64,000 bases of DNA from an uncultured Candidatus Rokubacteria bacterium (GTDB lineage: Bacteria; Methylomirabilota; Methylomirabilia; Rokubacteriales; CSP1-6). A program made the position numbers and the translations under genes. Under the pieces are notes generated by a model, which was not told the origin of the DNA, searched no databases, and worked only from the letters and a program-made list of their open reading frames with translations. Below, one piece after another: positions 1 through 10,763 of the stretch. The first letter of the stretch is position 1. Each line of letters begins with the position of its first letter. Where the stretch lies: assembly GCA_963754315.1 (NCBI GenBank), contig CAVWFS010000019.1, positions 800,001-864,000 of the forward strand, given 5' to 3'.

Positions 1-10
1 GTACATCGAA

Positions 11-454
11 CTAGCCGCCCGTTTGGATGACGGCGTCCGCGTCGATCTCGATCAGGCCGCCGTCAGGAATGAGCTGGGCCACCCGGACGAGCGTACTTGC
101 CGGGTACGTGCCCTCCCGGAAGAAGCGCGCCCGCACTTCGTGAACGTCCTTGAGGGACTGCTGATCGAGCTGGGTGACATAGACCCGGACGCGCACGATG
201 TCCTCCATGGTGCCGCCCTCGCGCTGAAGGATCGCCTGAATGCTCGAAAGCACCCGCTCAGTCTGCTCACGCATGGTGCGCCCGACCACCTTGCCCGTGT
301 CGTCGGTGCCGACCTTGCCTGAAATATAGAGCAAAGCACAGCCCGGGAGGTCGATACGGACGGCGTCCGAGAACACCGCAGGGACCCCGGTGCCCTTGAG
401 GGCCTCGATGCCACGCGCCTTGTCCTTCGCGAGGTTGATAGTTGTCCGTTTCAT
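11..454 (-). CDS. RidA/YjgF/YER057c/UK114 family protein
   Basis: LYISGKVG, QTERVL, DIVRVRVYV, YPASTLVRV and LIEIDADA motifs typical of the Rid family; 147 aa. Confidence 0.9.
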   Translation of the reverse strand: MKRTTINLAKDKARGIEALKGTGVPAVFSDAVRIDLPGCALLYISGKVGTDDTGKVVGRTMREQTERVLSSIQAILQREGGTMEDIVRVRVYVTQLDQQSLKDVHEVRARFFREGTYPASTLVRVAQLIPDGGLIEIDADAVIQTGG

Positions 455-481
455 CGTGCCGGCCAGTATACCTGTGAGTCG

Positions 482-2075
482 TCAGTCGCGGGCCGCGTCG
501 TGCGCGAGCGATCGAATAGCCTCCAGACGTGCGCGCACGGCGGGGTCGGTCGCGAGGTCCTCCAGCGGTCGGGGGAGGCGGTATGTCCAGTTTGCCTCGG
601 TGACCGTGCCTGGCGCGTTGATGCGTTCCGCGGTGCCCAGGATTTCTTGGGGCAGCGCGAGGGTGAGCGCTGAGCCCGCGCGTAGCAGCAGGCCGAGTAG
701 CGCTAGGCTCCGCCCGGCGGCATCCACCGTAGGATCGGCGCCGGCCAGGGCCGCTAGTTGCCCGCGGTCGGCCGGCGAAAGGTCCTCCCACCACGAAGTG
801 ATCGGCTTCGTGTCATGGGTGCTCAACGATGCCACACTGAGCGCAGGGAAGTTCCGAGGATCGCGAAGGCCCTGCGGGACGTCCTTCTCCCACGGAATCA
901 CGCGATAGCCGGGGATACCAAGCTCGACCATGGTCGTCCGCACCCACGGGGGAATCAGGCCGAGGTCCTCGGCGATCACATGAACAGCGCCGGCCGCCTC
1001 GGCCAGCATCGTGCGCAGAACGCGCGCGCCTCGATCCAGCTGAGCCGACTCGACACCGGGCTCGAAGCGGCCCGCAGCCATTATGCGGCTTGACCCACAT
1101 GCGGAAGTACCCCACCACATGGTCAAGCCGGAAGCGATCATAGAGGCGCGAGGCGTGGCGGGTGCGGGCTCGAATCCAGCCGAGGTCATCGGCATCCATG
1201 ACCGGCCAGTTGTAGCCCGGCAGCCCCCAGTCCTGCCCTTCCTTCGAAAAGTCGTCGGGCGGCGCCCCCAGCGAAACGTCGCGCATGAACTGTCGTGGCC
1301 GCGCCCACACATCCGCGCTCTCCTCGCCGACCACGAAGGGTAGGTCTCCCATCAGCTCCACGCCAGCGGCCCGCATCCCTGCCCGGGCCCGATCCCATTG
1401 CTCGTGCGCAATCCACTGCAAGTATTGATGACGCAGGACGCTCCGGCCAAGCTCATCAAGGGAACCTTCGGCGGCAGGGGCGCGGCCGAGCGCCAGCACC
1501 TCGTCTGCTCGGTCGCGTTCGGGAGATGGCCAGGTTGTCCAGCCATAGCCGTGGTGGCGCTCGCGGAGGGCGACATACAGGGCAAGGTCGGGCGCCCAGT
1601 ACTCCTCCTGTTTCACGAAGGCGCGCAGGGCGTGCGCACGCTCCGTACCCTTCGCCCACTCCCCCTCGAGGAACCGCTCGAAGGCGCGGCCAAGCACCCG
1701 TCGCTTGAGCGACCTCACCGTGTGATACTCGACGTGCGGCGTCCGCCGGAGGCGCTCGAGGGTAGCCGCTCCCTCCTCCCCCAACACGTCAGTAATGTCG
1801 CGCCGCTCCAGATCCGGAACGCCGGCGATGGAAATGTAGATTGGATCGATGCCGAAGGCTGTCCGCGCGCCGTACGGGCTCGTCTCGCCGTCGGCCAGTT
1901 CGTAGGGCGGAAGGATCTGGAGCAGACGGTGACCGGCCGCGCGGATCCAGGTGGCGCAGGCGGGCAGCGCCTCGATGTCCCCGATGCCCCAATCGTGAGC
2001 TGTCCGGAGGGCAAAGAGGGGGATGGTGACCCCCGCCCGGCGAGAACTCGGCCCCGGATCGCGAGATGAAGTCAC
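482..2075 (-). CDS. malQ: 4-alpha-glucanotransferase (GH77), apparent frameshift near 1070
   Basis: N-part 813..2075 has GIGD, LQILP, SPY, GDLPF, GAPPDDFS, GQDWGLP, RLDHVVGYFR. C-part (frame of 482..1312) has IAEDLG, THDT, RINAPGT..NWTYR. The frames join around 1060-1080. Confidence 0.88.
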
Positions 2076-2560
2076 TCGCGGATCGTGACAGGGACGGACA
2101 CCACGTCGTGAGGGGAAGGAACGAACTCGAGAAACCCACGGTTCACCGAGGTCGGCACCAGAAAGACGAGATCACAGGAGGCGGGCCGGTTCCCCACCAG
2201 GTAGATCAGTCCGCAGCGATTGGCCACCGCTGCCCCACCGCGCAGAGATCCGGTATCGTCAGCCGGCGTGTACGAGGCGCCTTCGTGCGTCATAAGGCGA
2301 AAGACCGCGGGCCGAAGAAAGGTTCGATCGCTGCTCGTCCCCCCGGGGTTGGCCACGGTCACTGGAAGGACCACGTAGTACATTCCGGTCGGCACAAAGC
2401 GCGGTTCGAGGCTGAGGGCCTTGCCTTCGGTCACCCTCACGGCGAGACGGTTACGCTCCGGCGTGTCCATGTCACCGGACGGCTGGGCCTGCACGGGCCG
2501 GGGGGCTACAATGCTCGCCACCGCCAGCGCTATCAAGATCATCCCTTGCCAGAGCGTCAT
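2072..2560 (-). CDS. Exported hypothetical protein, DUF4352-like Ig fold
   Basis: Signal peptide (..VQA/QP), YVVLPVTVAN, FRL...G..Y, LVFLVP pattern. Stop overlaps the malQ GTG start (GTGA). Confidence 0.65.
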   Translation of the reverse strand: MTLWQGMILIALAVASIVAPRPVQAQPSGDMDTPERNRLAVRVTEGKALSLEPRFVPTGMYYVVLPVTVANPGGTSSDRTFLRPAVFRLMTHEGASYTPADDTGSLRGGAAVANRCGLIYLVGNRPASCDLVFLVPTSVNRGFLEFVPSPHDVVSVPVTIRE

Positions 2561-2654
2561 TGGGGCCTCCTGAACGAGTATCGCATGCTCATTGAGCGGC
2601 GCCGGCAGACACCCGGATACTCCATCACCTGGAGCTGGAGTAAGCTAGAGTGAC

Positions 2655-3698
2655 TTGCGAACCGCGTCGCCGCTTGAAGTGCTCATCCGCCGGATCCCTA
2701 AGGCGGAATTGCACATGCACCTCGAGGGATCGCTCGAGCCTGAGCTGATGTTCGAGCTGGCCGCCCGCAACGGCGTGTCACTTCGCTACAGCAGCGTGGA
2801 AGAGCTCCGCCGCGCGTACGAGTTCGAGAACCTGGAAGATTTTCTCGATCTCTACTACCAGGGAGCCCGGGTGCTGCGCACGGTGCGCGATTTTCATGAC
2901 CTGACTGCTGCCTACTTCCGACGCGCGGTCGAGGCCAACATCCGCCACGCGGAAATCTTCTTCGATCCGCAGACACACACCACCCGCGGCATCGCCTTAC
3001 CAGCGGTGGTGGAGGGCATCAGCGCGGCCATGCGGGAGGCCGAGCACACGCATGGCATCTCCTCGGGCTTGATCCCGTGTTTCCTGCGCGACGCGGCACC
3101 CGCCGCTGCCATGACCACTCTGGGGGAGGTTCTCGCCCTCGGCGATCGGATCGTGGCGGTGGGGCTCGACTCGGCCGAGCGGGGCAATCCCCCCGCGGCG
3201 TTTGCCGCCGTGTTCGCCCGCGCACGCGCGGCTGGCTTGCGGACGGTGGCCCACGCCGGCGAGGAGGGACCGCCCGCCTACATTCGCGAAGCGCTCGAGC
3301 TCTTGCAGGTCTCGCGCATCGACCACGGAGTCCGCTGCGAGGAGGACACGGCCCTCGTGTCGGAGCTGGCGGCCAAGCGTACCCCTCTAACGGTCTGCCC
3401 TCTCTCCAATGTCAAGCTTCGCGTGTTCCCCTCGCTGGAACGCCACAATCTCCGGCGCCTGCTCACCCAGGGACTCTGCGTGACCATCAACTCCGACGAC
3501 CCTGCCTACTTCGGCGGCTACGTGAACGAGAATTTCCTGGGCGCCCAGCGAGCGCTGAGCCTCACTGGGGACGAGGTGTATCGCCTCGCTCGAAACTCGT
3601 TCGAAGCAAGCTTCCTGGACGAGACGCGAAAACAGCGCCTCATCGACGAGCTCGAGACGGCCATGGCTACCCATCGCGAGGACAATGTCTCCGCGTGA
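2655..3698 (+). CDS. add: Adenosine/adenine deaminase
   Basis: PKAELHMHLEGSLEPE, AHAGEEG, RIDHGVR, TVCPLSN, INSDDPAYFGG motifs. Confidence 0.93.
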   Translation: MRTASPLEVLIRRIPKAELHMHLEGSLEPELMFELAARNGVSLRYSSVEELRRAYEFENLEDFLDLYYQGARVLRTVRDFHDLTAAYFRRAVEANIRHAEIFFDPQTHTTRGIALPAVVEGISAAMREAEHTHGISSGLIPCFLRDAAPAAAMTTLGEVLALGDRIVAVGLDSAERGNPPAAFAAVFARARAAGLRTVAHAGEEGPPAYIREALELLQVSRIDHGVRCEEDTALVSELAAKRTPLTVCPLSNVKLRVFPSLERHNLRRLLTQGLCVTINSDDPAYFGGYVNENFLGAQRALSLTGDEVYRLARNSFEASFLDETRKQRLIDELETAMATHREDNVSA

Positions 3699-3723
3699 CA
3701 CGAACCATGTCAGACTATGTGAA

Positions 3724-3972
3724 AATTCGAGGGGCGTCACGGGTCCCCCGGGACGGCCCGAGCGTTGGGGGGTTTGGGGGGCCTGTTCGGGGCCCCCACG
3801 TGGAGCGTGAATTCGAGGGGCGTCACGGGTCCCCCGGGACGTCCCGAGCGTTGGGGGGTTTGGGGGGCCTGTTCGGGGCCCCCACGTGGAGCGTGAATTC
3901 GAGGGGCGTCACGGGTCCCCCGGGACGTCCCGAGCGTTGGGGGGTTTGGGGGGCCTGTTCGGGGCCCCCCAT
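3724..3972 (+). repeat. Tandem array, about 3 copies of an 86-bp structured GC-rich unit
   Basis: AATTCGAGGGGCGTCACGGG recurs at 3724, 3810 and 3896. Copies 1 and 2 differ at one position. Each unit has two hairpins and a G6-TTT-G6 tract. Confidence 0.95.
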
Positions 3973-3991
3973 ATTCAACAGGAGGAACACA

Positions 3992-4396
3992 ATGCCCACA
4001 GGTGCTCGGAAGTGGAGACTCTGTGCCGTACTCGCCTCGATGATCGTGGTCGTGGGCGGATGCGCCGCCATGCGCAAATCGGAGGTCGACACCCAGGAAC
4101 AGCTGCTATCGGCGGCCGGCTTTCAGATGAAGCTGGCTGACAGCCCCCAGAAGCTCACGCACCTGCAGACGTTGACCTCCCAGAAACTGGTGCCGCACAC
4201 GCGGGACGGCAAGGTGTACTACGTGTACGCCGATCCCGAGTTCTGCAAGTGCATGTTCGTTGGCAACGACGCCGCGTACCAGAAATACCAGGACCTCGCC
4301 CTCAAAGAGAAGCTCTCGCAGGAACGCCTGAACGCGGCCGCCATGAACGAGAACGCCGCGATGAACTGGGGCATGTGGGGACCTTACTGGTGGTGA
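3992..4396 (+). CDS. Putative lipoprotein (paralog 1)
   Basis: AGGAGG RBS at 3980, lipobox-like VGGC, CKC motif, Trp-rich C-terminus (NWGMWGPYWW). Confidence 0.8.
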   Translation: MPTGARKWRLCAVLASMIVVVGGCAAMRKSEVDTQEQLLSAAGFQMKLADSPQKLTHLQTLTSQKLVPHTRDGKVYYVYADPEFCKCMFVGNDAAYQKYQDLALKEKLSQERLNAAAMNENAAMNWGMWGPYWW

Positions 4397-4786
4397 GGAA
4401 GATCGCACGTAGCGGGAGCGGCCCTGCTGAGCCTCGTGGTGTTGCTCGGCGCCTGTGCAAGCGCCGCGCGGCAGGACGCCAGCGAGATCGAACCGCTGCT
4501 GTTGGCGGCCGGCTTCAAGAAGCGCGTCGCCGACACGCCGGAGAAGCTCGCCCACCTTCGAGCATTACCGGCCCTCAAGATGGTGCCCCAGCAGTACAAG
4601 GACTCCTACCTCTATGTCCTCGCCGATCCAGAGGGCTGTCGCTGCATGTATGTGGGCAACGAGCAGGCCTTCGAGCAATACGAAGCCCTAGCCATTCGGC
4701 ACACCATGGCCCGGGACAGCATCCAGCGCGCCGGCGGAGAGGCGACGCTGAACTGGGATGCGTGGGGACCGTCCTTCTGGCCGTAA
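4393..4786 (+). CDS. Putative lipoprotein (paralog 2); probable GTG start at 4393 with a 1-nt indel near 4408
   Basis: Lipobox LGAC; clearly homologous to the upstream protein (LLxAAGF..ADxPxKLxHL..YVxADPE.CxCMxVGN..NWxxWGP). The annotated ORF starts at 4436 and lacks the charged n-region supplied by GTG AGG AAG at 4393. Confidence 0.75.
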
Positions 4787-4875
4787 GCGCGCACGACGAG
4801 TACCATCTCAGATTCCACAAACCACCGGCGCCTAGGGGGTACTGACGCCGCGGCCGGAAAGTATCTGGGCTACGC

Positions 4876-4909
4876 TGGGGAGCGCCCCGAATACCCGAGA
4901 CGCTCCCCA
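4876..4909 (-). terminator. Hairpin between convergent genes
   Basis: TGGGGAGCG / CGCTCCCCA 9-bp stem, extendable with G-U pairs on the minus strand; no U-tract. Confidence 0.4.
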
Positions 4910-4953
4910 CCAATCGCGCTCACCGCTGACGTAAAACCGTCTGGGCCGACTGC

Positions 4954-6417
4954 TTACTTGGCTTTGGCGGCCCACTCCGGGTGGTACTCAATTCCGATCT
5001 GCTTCATCTCGTCTAGCTTCTCGCCCCAGAAGGCCTTCTGCTTGTCGCGGCCGCGCCGCTCGGTCACCTTGTCCCACTCCTTGGCGGCCGCTTCCAGGGC
5101 GTCCTTGGGCGATTTCCGCTTCGCCAGAGCCTCCGTGATCTCGAAGGAGAGCTTCCGCTGGTACTCGTCGGCGGCGGGGATCACGGGGTCGGGTACCACC
5201 AAGGGGAACGTCTTCTCGATGGCGTCAAGGTACTCCCCGGCTCCCGGGAAGTCCTTTCGGAACTTCTCCGAACGGAAATGCGAGATCCGCCACGGATCCA
5301 TGATCGTCTTGGGATCCATCACGATCTTCAGGCTCTGATCAGGCAGCGAGATGAACTCCAACACTTTCATGGTGGCCTCTTTCTTGCCGGAGTACTTGGA
5401 GACCGCCATGGCCCGGCCGGGGGTGATCGCCGGGCGGTGGATAATCTTGCCGTCGATCTCGGCGCCGGGGACAAGCCCAAAACCCGCCTTGCCGACGATG
5501 AGGGACTCCTTCGCGTTTCCTACGCGCTTGCCGGTGCTCGTCCACGAGTAGAGGAGCGGGACCTCCCCCTTGATCAGCATCGTCTTCGGTTCCTCCGACT
5601 CGAAGAGGAGGACGCCGGGCGGATAGTACGGCATGGTCCGAACCATCTCCTCCAGGGCTCGGAGGCCAGCCGCCGTGTTGATGAGCGGCTTCATCTCCGG
5701 GTCGAAGTACTGGCCGCCGTAGGAGAAGAAACGCTGTCGCCACCAGTAGTACGAGTAGCCGCTGCCGCTCGGCTTGTAGGAGGCCCCCGCCCCGAACAGC
5801 TTGCTCGCGGAGCCGTCCCAGCCCCACCCGTTGAAGAACTCGGCCTGGTCGTCCCACTGCTTCCACGTCTTCGGCGCCGCCAGGTCATAGGCGTACTTGG
5901 CCTTGAACTTGGTGCGGTTGTCCGGACGCTCGAAGGCCGTCTTGTTCCAGAACAGGATGTGGACATCACCGTCGTAGGGCATGCTCACCATCTTGCCGTT
6001 GTGGCGCAGCATGAGCTTCTTGTACACGTCGGCGATGTCGTCCATGTAGAACTCGAGCTTCAGCTTCTGGATCCAGGGTTCCAGCGGCTCGAAGTGGCGG
6101 CCGTAGTCGGGCATGTTGGAGGGTCCGAACATCACGAGGTCCCACGGGCTCTGGCCGCCATTGAATTCCAGCAGGGTCTTGGCCACGAAGGCGTCGGCCG
6201 GGATCACCTCCGTCTCGATCTTGATCCCCAGCTTGTCGTAGAGATCCTTCTCCACCAGGCTGAGCGAGTACTTGACGTACTCCGCGTTGACCACGGCCCG
6301 GATGGTGGTCCCCTCGTAGGGTCGGGCCGCACCCACGTCCCGGACGGGCAGGATTCCGGACGTCACCAGGCCCAGGAGAACGACTGCCACGAACGACACG
6401 AGCGCGAACCTCTTCAT
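4954..6417 (-). CDS. Carbohydrate-type ABC transporter substrate-binding protein
   Basis: Signal peptide; MPYDGDVHILFWNK, PKTWKQW and other SBP family 1 patterns. Confidence 0.88.
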   Translation of the reverse strand: MKRFALVSFVAVVLLGLVTSGILPVRDVGAARPYEGTTIRAVVNAEYVKYSLSLVEKDLYDKLGIKIETEVIPADAFVAKTLLEFNGGQSPWDLVMFGPSNMPDYGRHFEPLEPWIQKLKLEFYMDDIADVYKKLMLRHNGKMVSMPYDGDVHILFWNKTAFERPDNRTKFKAKYAYDLAAPKTWKQWDDQAEFFNGWGWDGSASKLFGAGASYKPSGSGYSYYWWRQRFFSYGGQYFDPEMKPLINTAAGLRALEEMVRTMPYYPPGVLLFESEEPKTMLIKGEVPLLYSWTSTGKRVGNAKESLIVGKAGFGLVPGAEIDGKIIHRPAITPGRAMAVSKYSGKKEATMKVLEFISLPDQSLKIVMDPKTIMDPWRISHFRSEKFRKDFPGAGEYLDAIEKTFPLVVPDPVIPAADEYQRKLSFEITEALAKRKSPKDALEAAAKEWDKVTERRGRDKQKAFWGEKLDEMKQIGIEYHPEWAAKAK

Positions 6418-6443
6418 CAAGAACCTCCTTGGCTGACAGCGGA

Positions 6444-7327
6444 TCATCCCTTGGTACCGCCTAGAGCGAGTCCCTTGACCAGGTAGCGCTGCAGGAGAAA
6501 GGCGACCGCGAAGGCGGGGATGACCCCCAGCACGACCGAGGCCGCGGCCTCGCCGTAGAAGGCGTCGGTACCGCCGGTGGTGAAGGACGTCACCAGCACC
6601 ATCATGGTCTTGGTCTCGATACCGGTCAAAACAATGGCAAACAGGAATTCGTTCCAGGTGGCGATGAAGGCGAACAGCGCCACCACCGCCAGCCCCGGCG
6701 CCACGATGGGGACGACCACCTGACCAGCGCCCCCAGCCGCGAGCAGCCGTCGATCTGGGCCGCTTCCTCGATTTCTACGGGAAAGTCGCGCAAGAATCCC
6801 ACCATCAGCCAGACGGCGAAAGGAATGTAGGTGACCGTGTAGAGGATGATGAGCCCCAGGTAGCTGTTGGTGAGGCCGATGGCCCGGTACATCAGATAGA
6901 TGGGAATGATCAGAGCAATGGCCGGGAGCATGCGCAGCACGAGGAGGAAGACACTGAGGAAGCCGCCCCCGAAACGCCAGCGCGCGATGCTGTAGGCGGT
7001 GGGCAGACTGACCACCAGCGCGGCGATCATGCTGAGCGACGCGATGACCAGGCTGTTGGAGAAATACCGCAGGCCGTTGGAGTTGGTGAACAGCCGCACA
7101 TAATGCGCGAGGGAGGGCTGGTCGGGAATCCACACCGGAGGATAGGCAAAGAAGTCGTCGTTGCCCTTCAGGGACGTGGTGACGATCCAGAAGAACGGAC
7201 CGAGGAAAAAGACGAGGGCGAGAGCCAGGGCGCCGTAGGTCAACGCGTTCCCGATCCAGCGCTGCACCCGGTAGCGCTTCGCGCGGCGCGGCCGAACGCC
7301 CGCGGTCTCGACGGCAACAACGCTCAT
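6444..7327 (-). CDS. Carbohydrate ABC permease (MalG-like), apparent frameshift near 6720
   Basis: EAA motif (EIEEAAQIDGCSR) in frame 6626..7600; VVVPIVAPG..WNEFLFA continues in frame 6444..7133. One G is missing in GTCAGG|TGGTC. Confidence 0.85.
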
Positions 7328-8229
7328 GCCGCCCGTGCCTCTCGGGCGCGCGAGACGCGGAGGAAGATGACCGTGAGGATGAGCACGCCGAAGATGATCA
7401 CGTACGAGAGGGCAGACGCATAGCTCATCCGGAAGTCCTTGAAGCCGGACAGGTAGGTGTTGAAGGCCACCGTTTCGGTGGCCCCTCCCGGCCCGCCGAA
7501 GGTCATGATGAAGATGAGTCCGAAAAGCTTGGTGAGGTCGATCATGCGGATCATTACGGCCACTGCCATGGTGAACTTGAGCAGAGGCAGGGTAATCCAC
7601 CAGAAGCTCTGCCAGGGAGAGGCCCCGTCCGCCTTGGCCGCCTGGTACAGCTCCTGGGGAATCGCCTGCAGGCCAGCCAGCATGACCAGCATCATGAACG
7701 GTGTGTTGTGCCAGACGTCGACCAGGATGACCGTGAACATGGCCAGCAGGGGGCTGGAGAACCAGTCGAAGTAGACATCGAGGATACCAAGCTCACGCCC
7801 CAGGTTGTTGATGGCGCCGTACTTCACCCCGAACATCATGCGCCAGGCCATGCCCGCCATCACCGGCGACACCATGGGCGGGATGGCCAGGAGGGCGGTC
7901 AGGATCGGACGCGCGCGGATGGGACGATTGAGAAGGAGGGCGATGCCGAGCCCCAGCAACAGCTCAACTACCAGGGCGGGCCCGATGATGGCGCCGGTGG
8001 TCCAGATCGAGCTCCGGAAGCGCTCATCCCGGAACAGCGCCTCGGAGTAATTGTCCAGGCCCACGAACTCGGCCCCGGGTCCCACCGACAGATCGTAGTT
8101 CTGCAGGGAGAGAACAAAGGAGAAGGCCAGCGGAAACACGATGACGATGGCGATGAGGATCAAGGAGGGCGAGGCAAAGGCAAGCGGTTCCCACTGCTTT
8201 CGCTTCAGGGCTAGAGCGGCCGTCCGCAT
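7324..8229 (-). CDS. Carbohydrate ABC permease (MalF-like)
   Basis: FVGLDNY, DVWHNTPF, ELYQAAKADGAS, TFGGPG motifs. Confidence 0.9.
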   Translation of the reverse strand: MRTAALALKRKQWEPLAFASPSLILIAIVIVFPLAFSFVLSLQNYDLSVGPGAEFVGLDNYSEALFRDERFRSSIWTTGAIIGPALVVELLLGLGIALLLNRPIRARPILTALLAIPPMVSPVMAGMAWRMMFGVKYGAINNLGRELGILDVYFDWFSSPLLAMFTVILVDVWHNTPFMMLVMLAGLQAIPQELYQAAKADGASPWQSFWWITLPLLKFTMAVAVMIRMIDLTKLFGLIFIMTFGGPGGATETVAFNTYLSGFKDFRMSYASALSYVIIFGVLILTVIFLRVSRAREARAA

Positions 8230-8359
8230 CGACCCTCCTCGTGATCCGCACTGGCGAAAATCCGGCGTTGGTGCCAGGAGCAGACCACACGACGACGAGA
8301 CCTGTCAAGGCGACGGGAAGATTGACAGCGCCCGAACTCTCGGGCCAGTGTCTATCGAC

Positions 8360-10763
8360 GTGACCACGCGGACGATCGGCGCGCGCATCCTCCGTCACGA
8401 AGATCCTCGCCTGCTGCGCGGACACGGTTGCTTCGTGGACGACGTCTCCCTAGCCGGACTGCTGCACGCGGCCTGCGTGCGGAGCCCACACGCGCGGGCC
8501 CGCATCGTCGCCATCGACGCCTCCCGTGCTCGACGGCTCTCCGGTGTTCATCTGATTCTCACCGCTCCCGACCTCGGGACGATGAACGGAGCCCGGACCG
8601 CTTCTCATCCCCCATCCCGCGCTCACCGCTCCCCGTACCCAGCGCCCCCTCGCGCACGACGAGGTCCGCTTCGTCGGCGAGGCGGTGGCGTTCATCGTGG
8701 CCGATACCCGCTACCGCGCCGAGGATGCGGCCGCTCTCATCGAGGTCGAGTACGCGCCGCGGCCTGCGGTCGTCGATGTCGAAACGGCGCTCCACGAGGA
8801 CAGTCCCCGCGTTCACGCGGACGTGCCCGCCAACCGAGCCGCCCGCTTTCCTCAGACGGTCGGGGACCCTGAGCGCGCATGGCGGGAAGCAGCGCGGATC
8901 CTCCGCGAGCGTCTCGTCATCGAACGAAGCTGCGGCAGTCCCCTCGAAGGCCGCGGTGTGGTGGCCGAATACGACCTGCGCACTGGTGTCCTCCGGGTGT
9001 GGGCATCGACCCAGGCGCCCCTCACGATCCGCAATGGCCTCGCGCACATGTTTGGCCTTCCGGAGTTCAACGTCGAGGTCATCGCCCCCGACATCGGCGG
9101 GGGGTTCGGCACCAAGATCATGCTCTTCTATCCGGAAGAGATCCTCGTGCCCTTCGCGGCGATGCGACTGGGGCGACCGGTGAAGTGGACGGAAGACCGG
9201 CGCGAGCATCTGATCGCCGCCAACCAGGAACGCGGTCAGATCCATCACGTGGAGGTGGCGGTCGATGGCGAGGGGCGCATTCTCGCCCTGCGCGACCGTT
9301 TTTTGCACGACACGGGGGCATATACCCCCTACGGCATCGTGGTCCCTATCGTGACCGCCGCCCAGCTCCCCGGCCCCTACCGGCTGCGCAACTATCACGT
9401 CGAGTTCGAGGTGGTCTACACGAACACGGTGAGTGTCAGCCCCTATCGCGGAGCCGGACGCCCCCACGGGGCCTTTGTGATGGAACGCGTCATGGGTCTC
9501 ATCGCGCGCGAGTTCGGCCTGGAGCCGGCCGAGGTGCGTCGCCGTAACCTCATTCAGCCTCACGAGTTTCCCTGGGACGTTGGGCTCACGTTCCAGGACG
9601 GCAGTCCGACCCGGTATGACAGCGGGGACTACCCGGCAGGACTCGAGATGGCCCTCGACATGATCGGGCTCCCAGCCTTTCGCGCACATCAAGCCGAGGC
9701 CCGCCGCGAGGGCCGTCATCTCGGACTCGGCCTGGCCTGCTATGTCGAGGGCACCGGCATCGGCCCCTACGAGGGCGCGCACGTCCGTGTGGAGCCGAGC
9801 GGACGAGTCTTCGTCGCCACCGGTCTCACCACACAGGGTCAGGGCCACTACACCACCTTTGCCCAGATCGCGGCCAGCACCCTGGGTTGCGACCCGAGTC
9901 AAGTGACAGTCGTCACGGGCGACACCCGCAAGTTCAACTGGGGAGCGGGAACATTCGCGAGCCGGGCCCTGGTGACAAGCGGGAACGCTATCCACGCGGC
10001 CGCTCAGAAGGTGCGGGACAAGGTTCTCCGGTTGGCCGCGAGCCTGCTCGAGGCCTCGCCCCACGACCTCGAGCTCGAGGATGGATGGGTGCGCGTCAAG
10101 GGCGCGCCGGACAAAGCGCTGACCTTGGGCGCGCTCGCCACTGTGGCCAATCCCATCCGCTACGCCTACGGCCAGCGGTCTTCCGAGACCGCGCTCCGCC
10201 TGGTCAAGGCGCGCGGGGCCGCCGTCCTGGCCTCCGGCGAGGAGCCCGGCCTCGAGGCCACCGGATATTTCGCGCCCTCCCAGTCCACCTTCGCCAGCGG
10301 CTGCCACGCATGCATCGTGGAAGTCGACGTGGAGACAGGTCAGCTCCAGCTGCTGCGCTACGTCGTTCAGCACGATTGCGGTGTCATGGTGAATCCCACC
10401 ATCGTGGAGGGCCAGATCCGCGGTGGCGTGGCTCAGGGCATCGGCGGTGCGTTCTACGAGAAGATCGTCTACGACGACGGCGGCCAGCCCCTCACCGCCA
10501 GCTACATGGACTTCCTGATGCCGACGGCCATGGAGATTCCGAGCATCGAGATCGGCCACCTGGAGACGCCGTCTCCGCTCAACCCACTCGGGATCAAGGG
10601 CGTCGGCGAGGCGGGTGCCATACCGGGTCCGGCGCTGGTGGCAGAGGCGATCGAAGACGCCCTGGCCCCGTTCGCGCGTCCGCATCCGGGAAATGCCTCT
10701 CAATCCCAGCCGCCTGCGCGCGCTCATCAGGCAAGCGCGCGGGGAGAAGGAACGCAGCCATGA
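8360..10763 (+). CDS. Xanthine dehydrogenase-family molybdopterin-binding large subunit (CoxL/CutL-like), apparent frameshifts near 8589 and 10672
   Basis: IGARILRHEDPRLLRG..DD, RSPHARA, GGGFGTK, PYRGAGRP, QGQGH, GTFASR, KGVGEAG motifs. Confidence 0.88.

Noticed and set aside
2560..2655. Purine riboswitch upstream of add
   Set aside because: No purine aptamer consensus is visible in the short intergenic region.
3077..4396. 439-aa ORF running through the 86-bp repeats
   Set aside because: Overlaps add out of frame and translates non-triplet repeats; the real gene starts at 3992 after a strong RBS.
4394..4396. Stop-codon readthrough fusing the two lipoproteins
   Set aside because: They are in frame across the TGA, but a 1-nt indel restoring a GTGA-coupled second gene with its own signal peptide is simpler.
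8360..10763. True aerobic CO dehydrogenase (form I coxL)
   Set aside because: Lacks the AYxCSFR motif and adjacent coxM/coxS or accessory genes.
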